DNA of 64,000 nt from a bacterium (lineage in GTDB: Bacteria; Actinomycetota; Actinomycetes; Actinomycetales; Bifidobacteriaceae): positions 12,295-76,294 of the forward strand of contig CAVBHJ010000010.1 in NCBI GenBank assembly GCA_963595445.1, given 5' to 3'. The notes beneath the pieces are model-generated. The model was not told the DNA's origin, ran no database searches, and saw nothing but the letters and a program-made list of their open reading frames with translations. Shown in pieces: positions 49,107-58,966 of this stretch (the stretch's first letter is position 1; the number at the start of each line of letters is the position of its first letter). The position numbers were made by a program, and so were the translations under genes.

Positions 49107-49757
49107 ATGGTAGATGCGCATGACGGCGAAACGTATACGTCCGAAGGTTCCCGCCTGATCTGGATCGACTGCGAGATGACCGGTCTGGATATTTTCGGCG
49201 GCGACGAACTCGTCGAGATTTCCGTGGTGCCGACCGATTTTGACCTGAACGTGCTCGACGAAGGCATCGATTACGTGATCAAGCCCAGTCAGAAAGCCGT
49301 CGACCATATGAACGACTTCGTACGCGGCATGCACACCCGCTCCGGACTGATCGACGAATGGGAACACGGACTGAGCCTTGCGGACGCACAGGCCAAAGTC
49401 ATCGAATACGTCAAACAGTTCACCCCGGAAGGTGTCAAGCCCCTGCTGGCCGGCAATACCATCGGGTCCGACAAGAAATTCCTCGACCATTACATGCCGG
49501 AACTTATGGAAAATCTGCACTACCGCACCATCGACGTAAGCACGTTCAAGGAGCTTGCCCGCCGCTGGTATCCAGCCGTGTACCTCAACCGTCCTCCGAA
49601 GAACGGAGGACACCGCGCGCTCGCCGACATCATCGAATCCCTCGACGAACTGCGCTACTACCGCAAGGCGTTCATGGCGACGGTGCCGGGGCCGAATGAC
49701 GAACAGGCCAAGGCGATCGCTGTCGAAGTCAAGGCCACCAGCATCAACAAGGACTGA
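49107..49757 (+). CDS. orn: oligoribonuclease
   Basis: DEDDh exonuclease motifs [23 protein letters not shown] and HRALADI. 216 aa. Confidence 0.93.
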   Translation: MVDAHDGETYTSEGSRLIWIDCEMTGLDIFGGDELVEISVVPTDFDLNVLDEGIDYVIKPSQKAVDHMNDFVRGMHTRSGLIDEWEHGLSLADAQAKVIEYVKQFTPEGVKPLLAGNTIGSDKKFLDHYMPELMENLHYRTIDVSTFKELARRWYPAVYLNRPPKNGGHRALADIIESLDELRYYRKAFMATVPGPNDEQAKAIAVEVKATSINKD

Positions 49758-49880
49758 CCGGTTCGAACGTTTGGCGTTGTTTCGCGGTCCGTGGTGTTTG
49801 CGCTCGAAAGCGGTATAAGGCGACGTGGACGGCGGCGAATGACACGGAGCGGACTGCAGAAACGCGGAAAGGATTCTCAT

Positions 49881-50774
49881 ATGAGCGCAGCCGACTGGAC
49901 CACCATCAGCCAGCCGCAGGATATTCGGCTCGTGGTGGCCGATATGGATGGCACCCTGCTGGACGAGCAGGGCCGGATTCCCGAGGGATTCTGGCGTACG
50001 CTTGCCGACCTGCGCGCACGCGGCGTCGAATTCGTGCCGGCTTCCGGCCGTCAGTATGCCACGTTGCGCAACATGTTCGCCCGACGCGCCGGCGAGGTGC
50101 TGGACGGAGGAGAGCTTTCCTACATCGCGGAAAACGGCAATGTCGTGGCCGTGGATGGCGAGATCGTTGAAGTGCATGGCGTCGACCTGACCATCGCACG
50201 CAACACCATCGACATGGTGGATACCGCGGTTGCAGCGGGCGAATACAACATGGGCCTGGTGTTGTGCGGTCTCAAGACTGCCTATGTGCAGCGTACCGAC
50301 AAGCCTTTCCTTGACGAAGTGGGCAAGTATTACGCGGCTTTGAAAATCGTCGACGACCTGCATGAAGTGTTGGATTTTGCAGTGGAGCCCGACGATTATG
50401 TTTCCGGCGATGAGATTCTGCTCAAGCTTGCGATCCTCGATTTCGACAGTTCCGAGCGCATGGCGAACGACAAGCTGTCTCACTTGAGGGACGATTATCA
50501 GGTGGTCGTCTCCGGCGAGCATTGGGTCGACATCATGGATCCTCATACGGATAAGAAGCAGGGCGTGGAGGCGTTGCGTCGCGTTTTGGGCGTGAGCGCC
50601 GCGCAGACGGCGGTTTTCGGTGATTATCTCAACGATCTGCTGATGCTGGAAGCGGGGGATTGGTCGTTCGCCATGGCCAACGCGCATCCCGATCTGAAGG
50701 CGGCGGCCCGTTACGTCGCGCCGTCCAATGCCGATCACGGTGTGCTGCAGGTGCTTGACAGGTTGATCGGCTGA
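49881..50774 (+). CDS. Cof-type HAD-IIB family phosphatase
   Basis: DMDGTLL nucleophile motif, a SGRQY block and C-terminal GDYLNDLLM. ATG 49881. The ORF-track start 49791 is an extension. Confidence 0.85.
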   Translation: MSAADWTTISQPQDIRLVVADMDGTLLDEQGRIPEGFWRTLADLRARGVEFVPASGRQYATLRNMFARRAGEVLDGGELSYIAENGNVVAVDGEIVEVHGVDLTIARNTIDMVDTAVAAGEYNMGLVLCGLKTAYVQRTDKPFLDEVGKYYAALKIVDDLHEVLDFAVEPDDYVSGDEILLKLAILDFDSSERMANDKLSHLRDDYQVVVSGEHWVDIMDPHTDKKQGVEALRRVLGVSAAQTAVFGDYLNDLLMLEAGDWSFAMANAHPDLKAAARYVAPSNADHGVLQVLDRLIG

Positions 50775-50893
50775 TCGCTCGGTTGAGCCGGTTGCTCGGT
50801 TGGCTGATTGTTTAGTCGGGCTTGCGTGAGTCGGCGTCGTAGGTGCGGTGCCGCATGGAAATCGATGTCGGATGATGATGAAAGGCGTGCGTT

Positions 50894-52300
50894 ATGCGGC
50901 AGGCTGAGGCGTTGGCGATTCTGAACTCCGGCGCGAACGTGTTCCTCACCGGCGCGCCGGGAGCCGGCAAGACCTATGTACTCAACGAATTCGTGCGCCA
51001 GTCGCGTGCCGACGGGGCATCCGTCTCCGTCACCGCGTCGACGGGAATCGCGGCCACGCATATCAACGGCACCACCATCCATTCATGGAGCGGCATCGGA
51101 CTCGCCAACGCGCTGACCGACAATCTTGTGAAAACCGTAAGGACGAGGCGGGCCCGCAAGCTGCGTGCCTCCGACGTGTTGGTCATCGACGAGATTTCTA
51201 TGCTGCATGCGTGGCTATTTGACATGGTCGATCAGGTCTGCCGCATCGTTCGTAAGGATTCCCGGCCGTTCGGCGGTCTGCAGGTGGTGGTTTCCGGCGA
51301 TTTCTTCCAACTGCCGCCGGTGTCCGTTTCGGGGCGCAACCATGATCTGATCGCGCCGAGCGCGGAATTTCTTGCTTCCCGCGAGCGCTATGCCAACGAG
51401 GGGCTTAATCCGGAGGGATTCGTCACTGAATCGTTGGTGTGGCGTGAGTTGAATCCTGTCATCTGTTATCTGACGGAACAGCATCGTCAGGATGATGGCA
51501 GGTTGCTCGGCGTGCTTGCCGATATTCGCGCGGGTGAAGTGGACGATGACGACCGTGATCTGCTGCTCACCCGCTTAGGGGCGGTTCCGGAACCGGGACA
51601 GCAGGCTGTGAATCTGTTTCCGGTCAACAGACAGGCGGATATGCTGAACGATCGGCGGCTGTTCGAAATCAAGGAAGAGCCGCATGAATACTTCGCCGAG
51701 GCGTCGGGGCCGGTGAACATGGTGGAGCGGCTCAAGAAGAACATGCTCGCGCCGGAACGGCTGCTGCTGAAAGCCGGTGCCGCGGTGATGGCGGTGCGCA
51801 ACGATGCCGACCATCAGTATGTGAACGGTTCGCTGGGAACGGTTCGGGGTTTCGTTGACGAGAACAAGGGCGGTTGGCCGATCGTTGAATTCGAGAACGG
51901 CAATATCGTTGTTATGAAGCCGAATTGCTGGGAGATGCAGGATGGCGATACCGTGCTTGCCAGCGTGAAGCAGGTTCCGTTGCGCTGCGCATGGGCGATC
52001 ACCGTCCACAAATCGCAGGGCATGACGCTTGAGCGCGCGGTTATGGATTTGCGCCGCACGTTCGCTCCGGGTATGGGATATGTTGCGCTTTCCCGCGTGG
52101 AGAATCTGGAGGGGCTGTATTTGGGCGGGGTGAATGAACGCATGTTTCTGGTCTCGCCGGACGCGGTGCGGTTGGATGGCGAGCTTCGCCTTGGATCGGC
52201 GAATGCCAGTGATGCGCTTGCCCGGCATGGTGTCGGTGCGTTCGGGCCGTTGGCGCAGGATGATGCCGATGACGAGTTTGCGCAGGATGCCCTGTTCTGA
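50894..52300 (+). CDS. Pif1/RecD-like SF1B ATP-dependent DNA helicase
   Basis: Walker A GAPGAGKT, LVIDEISM, the Pif1-like GGLQVVVSGDFFQLPPV block and C-terminal ITVHKSQGMT. Confidence 0.85.
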   Translation: MRQAEALAILNSGANVFLTGAPGAGKTYVLNEFVRQSRADGASVSVTASTGIAATHINGTTIHSWSGIGLANALTDNLVKTVRTRRARKLRASDVLVIDEISMLHAWLFDMVDQVCRIVRKDSRPFGGLQVVVSGDFFQLPPVSVSGRNHDLIAPSAEFLASRERYANEGLNPEGFVTESLVWRELNPVICYLTEQHRQDDGRLLGVLADIRAGEVDDDDRDLLLTRLGAVPEPGQQAVNLFPVNRQADMLNDRRLFEIKEEPHEYFAEASGPVNMVERLKKNMLAPERLLLKAGAAVMAVRNDADHQYVNGSLGTVRGFVDENKGGWPIVEFENGNIVVMKPNCWEMQDGDTVLASVKQVPLRCAWAITVHKSQGMTLERAVMDLRRTFAPGMGYVALSRVENLEGLYLGGVNERMFLVSPDAVRLDGELRLGSANASDALARHGVGAFGPLAQDDADDEFAQDALF

Positions 52301-52338
52301 TCACGTTTTGTGATTCTTGACCGGCTTATGTTTTCCTT

Positions 52339-52725
52339 TCAGCCCATCGTTTGCAGTGAGCGGGCCAGGTCGGGGTCGAGTTCGACTTCCGTCTCGAGGT
52401 CCTCAGGGTCCGGATCCCAGCAGCTGACGATTATGCAGACCATGCCGATGAGCAGCCAGACGGGATTGGTTTGCAGGAACGTGGTTCCGGGAATCGTGTG
52501 CGGGATGATGAGCCATGCCGTCTCGCCGATCAACGCGAGGACGTTGAACGGTTTCCTCCACGGCAGTGAGATCAGCACGGCGCACAGCAGGGCCATGCTC
52601 AGCCCCACCCATTCGTTGCCTCCCGAAAGCGCGTTCGGCGCGGCCGTCGAAAAGACGAAATAGCATACGATGCCAATCCAACCGAGTCTGTTCCAGATCG
52701 AAATATGTGCGGTGATGTGACGCAT
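52339..52725 (-). CDS. small hypothetical membrane protein with an acidic C-terminal tail
   Basis: Four hydrophobic segments. ATG 52725 follows GAGAGGA. The ORF-track TTG start at 52794 is less likely. No family recognised. Confidence 0.45.
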   Translation of the reverse strand: MRHITAHISIWNRLGWIGIVCYFVFSTAAPNALSGGNEWVGLSMALLCAVLISLPWRKPFNVLALIGETAWLIIPHTIPGTTFLQTNPVWLLIGMVCIIVSCWDPDPEDLETEVELDPDLARSLQTMG

Positions 52726-52796
52726 GATATGCCGTCCTCTCTTGATACGCGATGCGGAATCGTCGTCTTTCCAAGGATTGTATATAGGCGGCAAGA

Positions 52797-52820
52797 CTTA
52801 TTTATAACCTTATAAATAAG
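52797..52820. promoter_or_regulatory. AT-rich palindrome CTTATTTATAA-CC-TTATAAATAAG upstream of proS
   Basis: 11-bp perfect arms in the divergent region between the membrane-protein gene and proS. Confidence 0.4.
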
Positions 52821-52876
52821 AGGATTTTACATGGTTTGCGATGGTTACGTCTCCTTGCCTGAGTAATTTGGAGCGT

Positions 52877-54712
52877 ATGACCAAAGCACTTCGTATGTCT
52901 ACCATGTTCCTGCGCACCCTGCGTGAGGACCCCGCCGACGCCGACGTTGTGTCGGACAAGCTTCTGCAGCGTGCCTGCTATCTGCGTAAGGCCGCGCCCG
53001 GCATCTGGACCTGGCTGCCGCTGGGCCTGAACGTTCTGAACAAGATCGAGAACGTCATCCGCGAGGAGATGGCCTCCATCGGAGCTCAGGAAGTTCATTT
53101 CTCCGGACTGCTGCCGCGTGAGCCGTATGAGGCGACCCACCGTTGGGAAGAGTACGGCGACAACATCTTCCGTCTGAAGGATCGTCACGAGGCCGATTAC
53201 CTGCTGGCGCCGACTCATGAGGAAATGTTCACACTGCTGGTCAAGGACCTGTATTCCTCCTACAAGGACCTTCCCGTGACCCTGTACCAGATTCAGACCA
53301 AGTACCGTGACGAGTTCCGTCCGCGTGCGGGCCTGATCCGCGGTCGTGAGTTCATCATGAAGGACGCCTATTCCTTCACCCTCGACAAGGAAGGCCTCGT
53401 GCAGGCCTACATGGACGAGCGTGGCGCCTACGAGCGCATCTTCAACCGACTCGACCTGAAGTACGTGCCGGTGCATGCCATGGCCGGCCCGATGGGCGGT
53501 TTCGAGTCCGAAGAGTTCCTCGCTCCGATGGAGATCGGCGAAGACACCTTCGCTCAGTCGCCGTCCGGAAAGGCCTGGAATGTTGAGGCGCTGACCACTC
53601 CGGAACCGGAAGCCATCGACTTCACCGACACCCCGGCCGCCGAGAAGAGGCCGACTCCGGATGCCGCCACCATCGACAAGATGGTCGAATTCGCCAACGC
53701 CAACCATCCGCGCTCCGACGGACGCGACTGGGAAGCGTCCGATATCCTGAAGAACGTGGTGGTCGCCGTCATGCATCCGCAGGATGATGAGCATGACGAG
53801 CCGTGGCGTGAACTCGTGGTCGTGGGCGTTCCGGGCGATCGCGTCGTCGACATGAAGCGTCTTGAGGCGCAGTTCACTCCGGCCGAGATCGAAGAGGCCA
53901 ACGAGGATGATCTGAAGAAGCATCCGGAACTCGTCAAGGGCTACATCGGCCCGATGGCGGTCGGCCCGCAGGCCCGCGACGGCAAGAAGGCCGAAACCGC
54001 AGCCGAAGCCGGTGACGCGCTGCGCTACCTCATCGACGCGCATATCGCACGCGGCTCCGCATGGTTCACGGGCGCCGACGAGTACGAAATCGACTACTAC
54101 GACCTCGTGTACGGACGTGATTTCGAAGCGGACGGCACCGTCGAGGCCGTGCAGGTGCGCCACGGCGACATGAGCCCGGACGGTTCCGGCCCGCTGAGCT
54201 TCGAACGCGGTGTTGAGATCGGCCAGGTGTTCCAGCTTGGTCTGAAGTACTCCAACGCGCTTGGCCTCAAGGTGCTCGATCAGAACGGCAAGACCGTTCC
54301 GGTGTGGATGGGCTCCTACGGCATCGGCGTCTCCCGTGTGATGGCATGCATCGCGGAAACCCATCATGACGACAAGGGTCTGGCATGGCCGGCCATCGTG
54401 GCCCCTGCCCAGGTGCATGTCGTGGCCACCGGCAAGGACGCGGCTGCGTTCGAAGCTGCCGAGAAGCTGATCGGCGAGTTGGAGTCCAAGGGCATCGAGG
54501 TCATCTTCGATGACCGCAAGAAGGTGTCTCCGGGCGTGAAGTTCAAGGATGCCGAGCTGATCGGCGTTCCGCTGATCGCCGTGGCCGGACGCGACACCGT
54601 GAACAACGGCACCATCGAAGTGCGTGACCGCAATGGCGAGAACTCCCAGGCCGTGCCGGTGGACGAAGCCGCCCAGGTGATCGCGGAGCGCGTCGCCGCG
54701 CTGTTGAAGTAG
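52877..54712 (+). CDS. proS: proline--tRNA ligase (bacterial type with editing insertion)
   Basis: N-terminal [32 protein letters not shown], class II motifs and an INS-domain-sized insertion. ATG 52877. The ORF-track start is 52841. Confidence 0.96.
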   Translation: MTKALRMSTMFLRTLREDPADADVVSDKLLQRACYLRKAAPGIWTWLPLGLNVLNKIENVIREEMASIGAQEVHFSGLLPREPYEATHRWEEYGDNIFRLKDRHEADYLLAPTHEEMFTLLVKDLYSSYKDLPVTLYQIQTKYRDEFRPRAGLIRGREFIMKDAYSFTLDKEGLVQAYMDERGAYERIFNRLDLKYVPVHAMAGPMGGFESEEFLAPMEIGEDTFAQSPSGKAWNVEALTTPEPEAIDFTDTPAAEKRPTPDAATIDKMVEFANANHPRSDGRDWEASDILKNVVVAVMHPQDDEHDEPWRELVVVGVPGDRVVDMKRLEAQFTPAEIEEANEDDLKKHPELVKGYIGPMAVGPQARDGKKAETAAEAGDALRYLIDAHIARGSAWFTGADEYEIDYYDLVYGRDFEADGTVEAVQVRHGDMSPDGSGPLSFERGVEIGQVFQLGLKYSNALGLKVLDQNGKTVPVWMGSYGIGVSRVMACIAETHHDDKGLAWPAIVAPAQVHVVATGKDAAAFEAAEKLIGELESKGIEVIFDDRKKVSPGVKFKDAELIGVPLIAVAGRDTVNNGTIEVRDRNGENSQAVPVDEAAQVIAERVAALLK

Positions 54713-54770
54713 TTGCTACGGTAAGGGAAGGCGTTCGAAGAACGACGTTCTTTGTACGATTCCAATGACT

Positions 54771-54807
54771 GAGGGACTGTGTCCGATGGCATGGTCCCTC
54801 GCTTTTT
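54771..54807 (+). terminator. rho-independent terminator after proS
   Basis: Stem GAGGGAC/GTCCCTC with a 16-nt loop, then GCTTTTTAT. Confidence 0.6.
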
Positions 54808-54842
54808 ATGGGGAGTCGCAGCGAAAAACAATGCACCACGAG

Positions 54843-54892
54843 GTTGTGGACGAGTGTGGATAACGGTGGGTTTTCCACACCCTATCCACGAC
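54843..54892. promoter_or_regulatory. palindromic cluster of four DnaA-box-like 9-mers
   Basis: TTGTGGACG (54844), TGTGGATAA (54855, exact complement of TTATCCACA), TTTTCCACA (54871) and CTATCCACG (54882). Two boxes lie in each orientation, facing each other. Confidence 0.45.
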
Positions 54893-55101
54893 TCGCCCAA
54901 CCATGCGAAGTTATGCACATTCCTTCGAGGACGCTTGAAACGCGCCGCCCTCATCGGCGATAGTTGAAGTACCGCGGAAACGCAACGAAGCGGGAAACCT
55001 GCATCTCCTCTCTCACACCCCATATCTCTCCAACGCACGGTTTCCGCGCCCACCCAAGGCGCTTTCCGCGGCCCTTATTTCACAAACAGAAAGGGCCGAT
55101 C

Positions 55102-55710
55102 ATGGCACAGCAGCAGGGTCTCCTTACAGTCACCGGATACGTGGGCGCGAATCCGGTGCAATTCAATCGCGAAGGCATGCCGCATGCCAGCTCGTTCAGG
55201 CTGGCGAGCACTAGGCATTACTTCGACAATCGCACCCAGCAGTGGCGGGATCTGCCGACCACATGGATTACGGTGAAGGCCTACCGGGGATTGTCGGAAA
55301 ACGTATGCCAGTCCTTGAAAAAAGGGGAGCCCGTAATCGTAAGCGGCACGCTGGCGACCGAAACATGGGCCGATCAGAGCGGCAAACAGCAGTCGCGCGT
55401 CATCCTGGAAGCCAATGCGGTGGGCCATGACCTCAACTACGGCATATCCACGCTGCGCAAAATTCTCAAACAGGGCAACGAGACGAAATCCGCTCAGACG
55501 CCGATGCCGCACCAGGGCGACCTCCATGCGCCACGGAACGCGCAACCGGTGGAAGTGCTTGACGGGAACGGGTCTTTGGCCGAACAGAGGGAAACTCCGG
55601 CACAAAACGGGGAACCGGAAGGATGGAGTATTCCCGCGGAAACGGGCCTGGATAATGGAAGGGCCGTCGAACCCCGAAAAGACGGGGAATTCGACGGCCA
55701 GGAGTTCTGA
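55102..55710 (+). CDS. ssb: single-stranded DNA-binding protein paralog
   Basis: OB-fold N-terminus (LLTVTGYVGANPV...WITVKAYRGLSENV..LKKGEPVIVSGTLATETW), a low-complexity linker and an acidic Phe-terminated tail (DGEFDGQEF). ATG 55102. The ORF-track start is 54964. Confidence 0.8.
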   Translation: MAQQQGLLTVTGYVGANPVQFNREGMPHASSFRLASTRHYFDNRTQQWRDLPTTWITVKAYRGLSENVCQSLKKGEPVIVSGTLATETWADQSGKQQSRVILEANAVGHDLNYGISTLRKILKQGNETKSAQTPMPHQGDLHAPRNAQPVEVLDGNGSLAEQRETPAQNGEPEGWSIPAETGLDNGRAVEPRKDGEFDGQEF

Positions 55711-55716
55711 AAATGG

Positions 55717-57798
55717 TTACCAGATACGGACGCGCTGATCCGGATCCAGCCACATGTCATCGTCCGGCTGAACGTCAAACGCCTTGTAGAACAGGTCCAC
55801 ATTGCGCGCGATGCCGTTCGTGCGGCATTCGGCGGGGGAGTGCGGGTCGATCTGCAGATACTGCTCGGCCAGCTCGTCACGGTTCTTGGTGCGCCAGATG
55901 GAGGCGTAGCTCAGGAAGAAACGCTGCAGACCGGTGAATCCGTCGATTTGCGGAGCCTGCTCCAAAGAGGACTCGATGGCCTGTTCGGAACCGTCATTCT
56001 GCGCGCCGGCCTCCTGCTCAAGTGCGAACGCATAGGCCTTGAGCGCGATGTTCACGCCGCTCAGATCGCCGATGTTCTCACCGATGGTCAACGAGCCGTT
56101 CACATGCGGGGCCTTCGACGGGTCATCCGAATACTTGTCGGCCAGCTGGGTGGGGACGAACTCGTTGTACTGATCGATGAGCTTCCGGGTGAGCGCCTCG
56201 AAATTGGCCTTGTCTTCCTTCGTCCACCAGTCGTTAAGCTTGCCGTCGCCGTCGTACTGCGCGCCCTGATCGTCGAAACCGTGGCCGATCTCGTGGCCGA
56301 TCACAGCTCCAATACCACCGTAATTCGCCGCGTCCTCGGCTTCGGGGTTGAAGAACGGAGGCTGCAGGATGGCCGCGGGGAACACGATCACGTTCATGGT
56401 CGGCTCATAGTAGGCGTTCACCGTCTGGGGATTCATCAGCCATTCGTCCTTGTCGACGGGCTTGCCGACCTTGGAAAGCTGATAGCCGGTCTCATACAGG
56501 TTGGCGGCGCGCATGTTCTGCGCGAACGAAGCGTCCTCGTGCACGTCCAACGCCGAATAATCGCGCCAATGGTTGGTGTAGCCGATCCTCGGAACGAACT
56601 TCGAAAGCTTCTCCAGCGCCTTGGCCTTGGTCTCGTCGCCAAGCCAGGCGGAATTGGAGATGGAGACGCGGTATGCGTTGATGAGGTTGCCCACCAGCTG
56701 CTCCATGCGCTGCTTGGAGGATTCCGGGAAATGACGCTTGACGTATTCACGGCCCACATCCTCGCCGCAGATGCTGTTGACCAGCGAGACGCCTTTCTTC
56801 CAGCGGTCGCGCTGCTTCTTCTGGCCGGAAAGCACCTTGCCGTAGAAGTCGAAATTCGTATCGGAGAACTCATGCGGCAGCATCGAAGTGGAGCCGATGA
56901 TCACATGCACGCGCGTCCACAGCTTGAGATCGTCGAGATCGCAGTCCTTCCAGAACGCGTCAAGACCGGTGATGAAGCTCGGCTCATGCACGATCGTGCG
57001 CTCGAAGAAGCTACGGAAATCCAGCGGCTGCACCTTGGCCGCGGTGGTCTGATCGTACGCGTACTGCCACGCATCGAGCCACGCGTCGAAATCGTAATTG
57101 GCGAGCATGCCGCTCAACTCGGCGTAATCGGTGGGATTATAGGTTTTGACCGAGTCGCGCGTGGCGACATTATCCCAATGCTGTGCCGCGATACGGGTCT
57201 CCACCTCAAGGAAGCGGCTGGCCTGGTTCTGCGCGTCATCGTCTGTTTCGGCAAGCTTCGCGTTCCTCAACTGCTTGGCCACCATCGCAACGTACGAATC
57301 ACGGATATCCGCGTAATGGTCCTCGCGATAGTATGCCTCATCGGGAAGGCCCAATCCGGCCTGCTCGATATGGATGATATTCGTTTCGGGGGAGCCTGGA
57401 TCGCCATACACGGCGATACCGATCAGATCCGGGCCGCCGTCTGGATTCATGGCGCCCATCGCACGTACCAGCTCGGCTTTGTCGGATGCGGCGTCGATGG
57501 CCTCGAGCTGGCCTTCGATGGCCGTAAGGCCCGAGGCGTCGATGGCCTCGACATCAAGATAGCTCTTGAACAAAGCCTTGGACTTGACGGCCTGGCAATC
57601 ATCGTCCTCGAGAATCTCATGAATCTGGTTCTCGGCGTTCTCGGCAAGCTTGTCGAAGGAACCATAGCGGGAACGGTCGTCGGGAAGACGGTACATGTCG
57701 ATCCATGGGCCGTTCACATAGCGGAAGAGATCTTGTGCGGGAGAGATCACGGCGGAGAACGATGCCGGATCGATGCCCGAAATCAAAGTGGTACTCAT
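55717..57798 (-). CDS. pepO: M13 family (neprilysin/PepO-like) zinc endopeptidase
   Basis: HEXXH as VIGHEIGHGFD, a downstream ENIGDLSG (ExxxD) motif and NAYY. 693 aa. Confidence 0.93.
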   Translation of the reverse strand: MSTTLISGIDPASFSAVISPAQDLFRYVNGPWIDMYRLPDDRSRYGSFDKLAENAENQIHEILEDDDCQAVKSKALFKSYLDVEAIDASGLTAIEGQLEAIDAASDKAELVRAMGAMNPDGGPDLIGIAVYGDPGSPETNIIHIEQAGLGLPDEAYYREDHYADIRDSYVAMVAKQLRNAKLAETDDDAQNQASRFLEVETRIAAQHWDNVATRDSVKTYNPTDYAELSGMLANYDFDAWLDAWQYAYDQTTAAKVQPLDFRSFFERTIVHEPSFITGLDAFWKDCDLDDLKLWTRVHVIIGSTSMLPHEFSDTNFDFYGKVLSGQKKQRDRWKKGVSLVNSICGEDVGREYVKRHFPESSKQRMEQLVGNLINAYRVSISNSAWLGDETKAKALEKLSKFVPRIGYTNHWRDYSALDVHEDASFAQNMRAANLYETGYQLSKVGKPVDKDEWLMNPQTVNAYYEPTMNVIVFPAAILQPPFFNPEAEDAANYGGIGAVIGHEIGHGFDDQGAQYDGDGKLNDWWTKEDKANFEALTRKLIDQYNEFVPTQLADKYSDDPSKAPHVNGSLTIGENIGDLSGVNIALKAYAFALEQEAGAQNDGSEQAIESSLEQAPQIDGFTGLQRFFLSYASIWRTKNRDELAEQYLQIDPHSPAECRTNGIARNVDLFYKAFDVQPDDDMWLDPDQRVRIW

Positions 57799-57891
57799 GG
57801 TCTCACCCTATCCATCTTTGGTGACAAATCCGGCCGCGGATGATAGTGCCGCGCAAGCCGGCTGTAGAGCGCGCGAAGTAGGGTTGTAGGC

Positions 57892-58665
57892 ATGATCGAA
57901 CTGAAAACCCCAAAAGAGATTGAAGCGATGAAGCCCGCCGGACGTTTCGTCGGCGGAATCCTGCGCGATTTGAAGGAATTCACCGAAGTAGGCACCAATC
58001 TGCTGGAAATCGACGAATTCGTGCACAAGCGCATCGTCGACCGCAAGGGAGCCTCCTCCTGCTACGTGGACTACGCTCCGGATTTCGGCACCGGCCCGTT
58101 CGCCCACTACATCTGCACTTCCGTGAACGACGCCGTCCTGCATGGCGTTCCGTACGACTACAACCTCAAGGACGGCGATTTGGTGAGCCTCGACCTGGCC
58201 ATCAACGTCGACGGTTGGGTCGCCGATTCCGCCATCAGCTTCGTCGTCGGCACGCAGAATCCGGACGATCTGCGACTGATCCAGTGCACCGAGGAGGCGC
58301 TCGCGGCGGGTATCGCGGCGGCTCAGCCGGGCAATCGACTGGGAGACATCTCCAGCGCTGTCGGTGACGTGGCTAGGGAATACGGCTATCCGATCAACCT
58401 TGATTTCGGCGGCCACGGCGTCGGCCACATCATGCACGGCGACCCGCACGTGCCGAACGACGGCAAGGCCCACCACGGTTACAAGCTGCGCCCGGGACTG
58501 GTCATCGCCATCGAACCGTGGTTCCTCAAGACCACGGATGAGATCTACCAGGATCCGAAGGACGGCTGGACGCTGAAGAGCGAGGACGGTTCCCGTGGCG
58601 CCCACAGCGAGCACACCATCGCCATCACCGAGAACGGTCCGGTGATCCTCACGGTTCGCGACTAG
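57892..58665 (+). CDS. map: type I methionine aminopeptidase
   Basis: Metal ligands in DLVSLDLAINVDGWVADSA, GHGVGH and AIEPW..SEHT. Confidence 0.95.
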   Translation: MIELKTPKEIEAMKPAGRFVGGILRDLKEFTEVGTNLLEIDEFVHKRIVDRKGASSCYVDYAPDFGTGPFAHYICTSVNDAVLHGVPYDYNLKDGDLVSLDLAINVDGWVADSAISFVVGTQNPDDLRLIQCTEEALAAGIAAAQPGNRLGDISSAVGDVAREYGYPINLDFGGHGVGHIMHGDPHVPNDGKAHHGYKLRPGLVIAIEPWFLKTTDEIYQDPKDGWTLKSEDGSRGAHSEHTIAITENGPVILTVRD

Positions 58666-58966
58666 TTGTTGACGCCGGTCTTCGGGCCGGCTCCGGTTCA
58701 CTCCAGACGGGTTATGTCCCGGAAGAAATCGAAGAACAGGCGTTCTGCATCGATTCGCAACGGAAAACGAATTGATGTGGAACGCCTTTTTATTGCTTTT
58801 GCTGCCTTCTTGCGTTTCTCTTCACCTATTCTGGATGTATATGAGATGCGTGCGGCGTTTTTTCGGCGATGAGAGACCACGACATGGTTTTGAGACGTCG
58901 AACGGCCTCCGAAACACTCATGCCATATAGTGAACGTTACTTTTGAAAAGGTAAGGAGTGGCGCGT

